64,000 nucleotides of DNA, from positions 25,189 through 89,188 of the forward strand of contig JALUEE010000078.1 in assembly GCA_027053075.1 (NCBI GenBank), given 5' to 3'. The translations under genes and the position numbers were made by a program. Positions 58,511 to 64,000 of this stretch are shown piece by piece (the stretch's first letter is position 1; the number at the start of each line of letters is the position of its first letter). This stretch comes from a candidate division WOR-3 bacterium. GTDB lineage: Bacteria; Hydrothermota; Hydrothermia; B15-G9; WFZT01. The notes beneath the pieces are model-generated. The model saw only the letters and a program-made list of their open reading frames with translations, did no database searches and was not told where the DNA came from.

Positions 58511-59470
58511 ATGGATATTGTTGTCAGTGTAAAAAATCTGGAAAAAGTATATAAGAGGCAGCGTCGAGAATCTGGTCTAAAGAACGTAATAAAGGATTTT
58601 TTTAGAAGGCAATATACACAGATACAAGCGCTTAAAAAAGTAAGTTTTACTGTAAGAAAAGGAGAAATCATAGGTTATATCGGACCCAACGGAGCAGGTA
58701 AAACTACTACCCTAAAAATACTATCGGGTATACTTTATCCATCTGGAGGGGATGTGGAGGTTCTTGGTTTTACTCCCTGGAAACGTAAAAGGGAGTTTCT
58801 GAAAAAAATAACCCTTATAATGGGACAAAAAAATCAATTATGGTGGGATATTCCGGCAATGGATAGTTTTTTACTCTTCAAAGAGATATATGAGGTACCT
58901 GATCATATTTTCAAAAAGCAAATTAATACTTTATTGGATATGCTTGATGCTGGAAAACTTGTCAATTATCCTGTCAGACATCTTTCTATGGGAGAGAGGA
59001 TGAAGATGGAGATTGTTGCCGCTTTAATTCATAACCCGGACATAATATTTCTTGACGAACCGACTATTGGACTGGACGTGATGTCTCAAACTTCTATAAG
59101 AGAGTTTTTATCCGCTTATAACAAGGAATTTCAGAAAACCATAATCCTGACAAGTTACTACATGAAGGATATTGAAGAATTATCCAATAGGGTGATCTTT
59201 ATAATGAATGGAGAAATTATTTATGATGGATCTATAGATAAATTAATCTCCAGAACTCTTTCTCACGAATATGTTGAAGTAACGTTTGGTACAGGTAAAG
59301 GATTTGTGAAAAAATCTTATAAAGTTAAAAAAGAAGAAATGCCAGATTTTCTAAGGAAAATTTTAACAAGTAACAACGGTTCTATAGTTGAGATTAGGCA
59401 TAGAAAACCTGACCTTGAAGAAGTTGCTCGTATTATTATGGCCTCTAAGGGGATTAAGAAAGATGAGTAA
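58511..59470 (+). CDS. ABC transporter ATP-binding protein
   Basis: Walker A GPNGAGKTTTLKILSG; signature LSMGERMKMEIVAAL; Walker B IIFLDEPTIGLD. Confidence 0.85.
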   Translation: MDIVVSVKNLEKVYKRQRRESGLKNVIKDFFRRQYTQIQALKKVSFTVRKGEIIGYIGPNGAGKTTTLKILSGILYPSGGDVEVLGFTPWKRKREFLKKITLIMGQKNQLWWDIPAMDSFLLFKEIYEVPDHIFKKQINTLLDMLDAGKLVNYPVRHLSMGERMKMEIVAALIHNPDIIFLDEPTIGLDVMSQTSIREFLSAYNKEFQKTIILTSYYMKDIEELSNRVIFIMNGEIIYDGSIDKLISRTLSHEYVEVTFGTGKGFVKKSYKVKKEEMPDFLRKILTSNNGSIVEIRHRKPDLEEVARIIMASKGIKKDE

Positions 59471-60245
59471 ATATGTGAGATTAATTTACAATTCTATGGC
59501 GGAAACCCTAACTTATAGAGCAAATCTTGTTATCAGTTTTGCTGTTATAGCTATTCCTTTTATTATCGCTGTTATTTTCTGGAGGGGAGTATTCTTTGCC
59601 AATAATTCTGTAGCAGATTACTCGCTTAAAGACATAATCACTTATTATTTTATAGTATTGTTTGCGCAGGATTTTACCTACCCTGTGTTAAATTATGATA
59701 TTGTTATGGATATTAAAAACGGGCGGTTAAATTTTTTACTGATAAAACCTGTTAATTATTTCTGGTATACATTTTTCTTAAGACTCGGGAGTAATATAGT
59801 TTATTTGAGTGTTGTCACGGCTTTTTTGATAATATATGTACTCATTTTCGCTAAGTTTCTGATACTGAATCCAAATAAGATACCCGCATTTCTATTATCT
59901 TTTTTGCTTTCTTACATATTAGGTGCACTTATTAGTTTCTTTTTTAGTATTTTTACTCTGTTTTTAGAAAACTTTGCAGGGCTTGAAAGTTTTGTAAACT
60001 TTATTGTTCCAGTTTTTTCTGGAATTTTGTTACCAATTAGTATGCTCCCGGGTTTATTATATAAGATATCCTTATACTTGCCCTTGAGATTACTTGTTTT
60101 TTATCCAGTAGAGATATATCTCGGAAAGAAAGATCTGAATAAAGGTATAATATATTCGTACCTTTTTTGGATATTGCTTTTCGCTATAATCAATTTATTT
60201 GTCTGGAGGGAGGGTTTAAAAAAATATAGAGCAGTGGGTGGATAA
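59463..60245 (+). CDS. ABC-2 family transporter permease (ABC2_membrane_6-like)
   Basis: 6 predicted TM; motif IKNGRLNFLLIKPVNYFWY (GxLDxxLxKP-type); 8-nt overlap with ATPase gene. Confidence 0.6.
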   Translation: MSKYVRLIYNSMAETLTYRANLVISFAVIAIPFIIAVIFWRGVFFANNSVADYSLKDIITYYFIVLFAQDFTYPVLNYDIVMDIKNGRLNFLLIKPVNYFWYTFFLRLGSNIVYLSVVTAFLIIYVLIFAKFLILNPNKIPAFLLSFLLSYILGALISFFFSIFTLFLENFAGLESFVNFIVPVFSGILLPISMLPGLLYKISLYLPLRLLVFYPVEIYLGKKDLNKGIIYSYLFWILLFAIINLFVWREGLKKYRAVGG

Positions 60246-60248
60246 CAG

Positions 60249-61037
60249 ATGAGGAAGTATCTAAAAATATTCAAATTACAACTGGTAAATCAAATTGTAT
60301 CCTACAGTATTTTTAAGGGCGACGCTATTCTGCTTATAGTATCTGATACTTTTGGGCTGATTTTTTCGGTGATATTTTTCAAAGCACTTTACAACAACAT
60401 AGATTCTATTGGTAGCTGGAACTATGAATCAACACTTTTATTGGTAGGTATTGCAAATTTTGCGGATTCTTTTTATAGGTTATTATTTGAGAAAAATGTG
60501 CGAAGGATTTCTGCTTTTGTAAGAAAAGGTACATTGGATTACGCGCTAATTAAGCCTATTGATGTACAATTTTTTCTTAGTATAGGAAGATTCAAATTCC
60601 AGACTTTATCTTCCCTGCTTTTCTCGATTTTGGTTATCCTTCACGCTATGAAATTATTACAACTTACAATTAATGTTTTTAACGTAATTGTATTTATCAT
60701 TCTTTTGATAACAGGTGTGTCTTTGCGTTATATATTCAGTTTATATTCTTCTATCATTTCTTTTTACACTACCAGAGTTTCTGCTTTCTATTCTTTACAA
60801 ATGGAGATTTTCAAATACGCTGAATATCCCTTTGATGTGTTTAGAGGATTAATTGAAAGGATATTTTTCACGTTTATATTTCCAATTGTAATAATTGCCA
60901 ATGCCCCGGCTATAGTTATTATACAAAATAGAAACTATTGGGTGATTTTAAGCGTCTTTATCAGTGTAGTACACTTCTATTTATCTCGAATTTTGCTTTT
61001 TGCTTCAATAAATAAATACCAGAGTGCAGGAGGTTGA
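60249..61037 (+). CDS. ABC-2 family transporter permease (second paralogous subunit)
   Basis: 6 predicted TM; motif VRKGTLDYALIKPIDVQFF paralleling upstream permease. Confidence 0.6.
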   Translation: MRKYLKIFKLQLVNQIVSYSIFKGDAILLIVSDTFGLIFSVIFFKALYNNIDSIGSWNYESTLLLVGIANFADSFYRLLFEKNVRRISAFVRKGTLDYALIKPIDVQFFLSIGRFKFQTLSSLLFSILVILHAMKLLQLTINVFNVIVFIILLITGVSLRYIFSLYSSIISFYTTRVSAFYSLQMEIFKYAEYPFDVFRGLIERIFFTFIFPIVIIANAPAIVIIQNRNYWVILSVFISVVHFYLSRILLFASINKYQSAGG

Positions 61038-61038
61038 T

Positions 61039-62901
61039 ATGTTTGTGTTGTTGATCATTGCGCTAAGCTTTAACAATTTTCACCGTTTCTTCCCGAATAG
61101 TGGGGAAATGATGGAAAACCGGACATTTGCGACTGTGGAACTGGTTAATGACACACTCGTGATTAATGCAAAATGCCACTCTAAGTATGGAATTTACACG
61201 GAATCTCTTGACAGGGATGAAATAAAGCCCGGTGAAGATTTCTTCGGTATTGTAATCACACAGGACAGGAATACGGGTTATTTCTTCCTGATAAATGCAA
61301 ATGGTATAAAAAGCGACGGAGTAATCGTCCATAAAAGCACAAAAAGAAAAGCCTGGGATTATGTCTGGAATGTGAGCTCAAAGAGGTTTGATGATTCTTT
61401 ATGGGTTGCAAATGTCAGGATTCCTCTTGATCGACTAAACCTTGAATACAAAGACAGTCTCATCCTGTACGTCAACCTCGTCAGGAGCGCAAAGCTCGGA
61501 GGCGTAGGCAGGTATGAGTCAGGGACTTATGTGCCCATTGTGGGCTCAAACTTCTATGATCTCACTTTTACTCAGAGGGTTGCTCTCCCGGTTGAGAAGA
61601 GAAAAGCAGGGACAAAGTTATTTATTGAGCCCTATGTGGCGGTTTACCGTGACAGTGGAGGTGTTTTCTTTAAAGAAGGGGAGGACATAACTTTAAAGAA
61701 TCAGACTGGAGAGCTTGCGATAACAGTGAATCCGGACTACGCAACAGTGGAAAGTGATGTGGAACGATTTAATCTCGACAAATTACAGATGCTCTACTAT
61801 CCGGAAAAGCGTCCCTTTTTCATGCATGGTTTTGAGCTATGGAACCTGCCCTTTATGGTACTTTACACGAGGAGCCTGACGGAGATAGATGCAGGGGTAA
61901 AGGCAAATGTTAAGAGAGAAAATATGAGCTTCAATGCATTCCTTATTGAGGAAGGGGACACACTGTCAGGCTATTTTAGAAGGAAACGTCTCACCGGTGG
62001 AGTCAGGGGATTATACTCAACCGAATACGGGGACTTTGGGCTCTTTTATCTAAGTAGCAGGGACAGTTTTGAAGCAAAAGGTCTTGATGCAATGTTTTAC
62101 CTTCCCTTTCAGCTCAGAGTAAATATGCAATATACACTGGACCGTTCGTCAAAGAGTGATTTCTTTTTACACATTTACCGGTTTGTTGAATCCGGAGTGG
62201 ATGTGGAAGCCGGGTTGGAGAGACTTGATAGTGTGAGAATAAATACAGCTTACATACCATATCCCTTATACACTCGCTCCGCATGGCTTTATCTCACCTA
62301 CAATTTTTCAAGGGATAGCAAAATCTTACCCAATGGCTACTTAAGTATAGGTGGGACACATGGAGAATACCTAAACGGAAAACTCTATGAAAATAGTGGT
62401 TCAATAGTGGCCTCAGCTGGAATTCTCAGTAATCTACGGGTGGTATATAACCTTATACCCTAGAGAAGGAACGCTGGCAATACGATATATGATAACTTGT
62501 TGCATTACTTTGAGATAGACTACCAGCCCCTGACACATCACTACATTGAAATTGAGACACAGTTTGGTCGTTACTTTGGAGGGGTCCAAAAATACTACTC
62601 TGCAGAATATTCGTACAAAGGTGAAAAGCTCTTGCTCGCATCTGGATACGGCTACGACAGCGAGCCTTTTTACACGCAGAAGCGCATATATTTGAAGGCA
62701 AAATACAATCTTACCAATGACTTAAGGGCAAGACTCTTTGTGCAGCATTCTGAGATTTCAAAAAGGAATGAGGTAAACTTTTTGACGGAATACCGCATAA
62801 AGCCTGGAACTTTCCTTTATTTTGTGATAAACAGGACCGAAATAAATGGCTCCCCGCAGGTTAATTTCATGGTTAAGTTTAAAAGTTATGTGGGGATATA
62901 G
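61039..62901 (+). pseudogene. DUF5916-like outer-membrane protein paralog interrupted by a single in-frame TAG (62461..62463); both halves in the same frame
   Basis: AGGAGG SD before ATG 61039; ORFs 61024..62463 and 62497..62901 share a frame; combined length about 620 aa, matching the 644-aa paralog at 49134..51068; shared YPEKRPFF motif. Confidence 0.4.
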
Positions 62902-63008
62902 ATACAATAATAAATCCTCATTTCTAATACCATAATGTCTTTAAATTAACCGGGAATATTTCCATAATCAGCACATAACGTGGAACATCAAATTCATCTC
63001 ATTGAATT

Positions 63009-63040
63009 CCTCCCCCACGCACTCTTGTGCGTGGGGGAGG
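63009..63040. repeat. Hairpin CCTCCCCCACGCAC-TCTT-GTGCGTGGGGGAGG
   Basis: CACGCAC-core family. Confidence 0.7.
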
Positions 63041-63087
63041 TTGGGAGGGGGTAACCTTGATATAAATTTAAAGAGGCCCCTTCCCTA

Positions 63088-63118
63088 CCTTCCCCACAAG
63101 CAAAGCTTGTGGGGAAGG
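63088..63118. repeat. Hairpin CCTTCCCCACAAGC-AAA-GCTTGTGGGGAAGG
   Basis: Perfect 14-bp arms. Confidence 0.65.
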
Positions 63119-63236
63119 AGATTCTTAAAAAATTTAAAAGTGCATCATTTAATCGGTTTTAGTATAATAAAATGTGTGGTTCCACATTCACCATGGTAAA
63201 TTTGATTTAAGTCGATATTAATTCCCTGGGGGATTT

Positions 63237-64000
63237 ATGGTGCTGATACTTTTATTGGCAGGAATTTTGGTTAGAGTAAATGTTGTTGATTCTTCGTTGA
63301 GGCATATAAAAGATGCTGAGATAGTGATAAAATCCGATGGAGAGGTTAAGAGGGTGGGGGAGGGCGACTTCGTCGCCCTCCCCCACCCTCTTAATATTTT
63401 CTACATCTCCGCTCCCGGCTGGCACTCCATTCAGGATACACTCTACCTGACCAAAGACACCACTCTAACCTTCATCCTTACCCCAATCGAATACAAAACT
63501 GAAGAAGTTGAAGTTATCTCTTCACCATTACCATCAGGAGATGTGAAAATTAAGAGAGAATCTATTATTGAAACACCATCTCCCATAGCTCCTGATCCCT
63601 TAAGGCCCATATTGAATCTACCGTTTGTTGAGCCTGGAAATGAGCTCTTACCTTTTTCATTCTATGTAAAAGGTGCTGTACCAGGTGAAAACTCTGCCTT
63701 TATCGAAGGTTACCCCCTTGTTTTCCCTTTCCATTTTGGCTTTACAACCGCTGTTCCTGTCTATTCTTTAAAATCTTATGACTTTTACACGGTCTATATT
63801 CCACCTGAACTTTCCCTGAAGGTGTCTTCGGCCATCAATTTTCATTTAAGGAATGATAGGACAGATGAACTCTTTGTTGATCCAACCTCATCTATCAATT
63901 TTGTCCATTCGAGAAAGGACTTTTTAGCTTCAATAAGATTCACATCCATGTCGCTTCCGGTCTATTTAATGACCAAAAATATTCTCTACTATTTTGGAGA
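63237..64000 (+). CDS. TonB-dependent receptor, N-terminal part (runs off window end), carrying an in-frame hairpin repeat
   Basis: VRVNVVDSS...IKSDGEVK...TLYLTKDTTLTFILTP CarbopepD_reg-like; TEEVEVISS plug start; repeat at 63349..63391 encodes KRVGEGDFVALPHPL. Confidence 0.55.
   Translation, partial: MVLILLLAGILVRVNVVDSSLRHIKDAEIVIKSDGEVKRVGEGDFVALPHPLNIFYISAPGWHSIQDTLYLTKDTTLTFILTPIEYKTEEVEVISSPLPSGDVKIKRESIIETPSPIAPDPLRPILNLPFVEPGNELLPFSFYVKGAVPGENSAFIEGYPLVFPFHFGFTTAVPVYSLKSYDFYTVYIPPELSLKVSSAINFHLRNDRTDELFVDPTSSINFVHSRKDFLASIRFTSMSLPVYLMTKNILYYFG
63349..63391. repeat. Hairpin AGAGGGTGGGGGAGGGCGAC-TTC-GTCGCCCTCCCCCACCCTCT inside the TBDR coding sequence
   Basis: Perfect 20-bp arms; in frame within ORF. 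Confidence 0.7.

Noticed and set aside
62461-62463. TAG decoded as pyrrolysine or a sense codon (alternative genetic code)
   Set aside because: TAG terminates other well-supported genes in the window, for example at 56011. No pyl genes are seen. Pseudogene or sequencing error is simpler.

Overview
The window is a gene-dense chromosomal segment from a Gram-negative bacterium, probably a member of the FCB superphylum or a related candidate phylum. Type IX secretion (T9SS) C-terminal sorting domains, a PorV/PorQ-like outer-membrane protein, a TonB/ExbBD system, the LPS heptose epimerase HldD and GH57 point to that placement. Moderate GC and the gene content hint at a thermophile. Housekeeping genes include aroQ, a fused aroK-aroB, purB, sppA, uvrC, plsY, fabH, two acyl-CoA dehydrogenases, an aminotransferase and an Rrf2 regulator. 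I found no tRNA or rRNA genes, no CRISPR array and no mobile-element genes. Nine features stand out. (1) A family of about 20 GC-rich hairpin repeats, most with arms of the form G6-CACGCAC and short GAAG-, AAAG- or TTC-type loops. Two copies sit in frame inside coding sequences, in aroKB and in a TonB-dependent receptor. (2) A ChlI-like AAA+ gene and a downstream vWA gene are joined by a stop-free 60-codon linker across an A9 tract (A AAA AAA AG). A -1 frameshift there would give a ChlD-like fusion protein, in the manner of dnaX. (3) An archaeal-type prefoldin alpha gene sits in a six-gene operon with two unknown proteins, an overlapping 55-codon ORF that resembles a prefoldin beta hairpin, and two membrane proteins. 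(4) A histidine kinase and a sigma-54 response regulator bracket a locus encoding DUF4405, DUF2202 and two paralogous small secreted proteins. It has a near-consensus sigma-54 promoter (TGGCAG-N5-TTGC) and an upstream inverted repeat AATTCGAC-N6-GTCGAATT. (5) An 800-bp intergenic region is built from degenerate composite units, each an AT box followed by a GC hairpin. (6) A DUF5916-like outer-membrane protein has a paralog interrupted by an in-frame TAG. (7) A fabH, tandem-GT2 and GalT-like operon sits apart from a second GalT-like gene next to GH57. (8) A truncated sigma-54-type activator with a GTFTGG motif lies upstream of an ABC-2 transporter. (9) A 14.5-kb one-strand cluster joins exbB-exbD-exbD-tonB and a TonB-dependent receptor to three large T9SS cargo proteins and a PorV-like gene.
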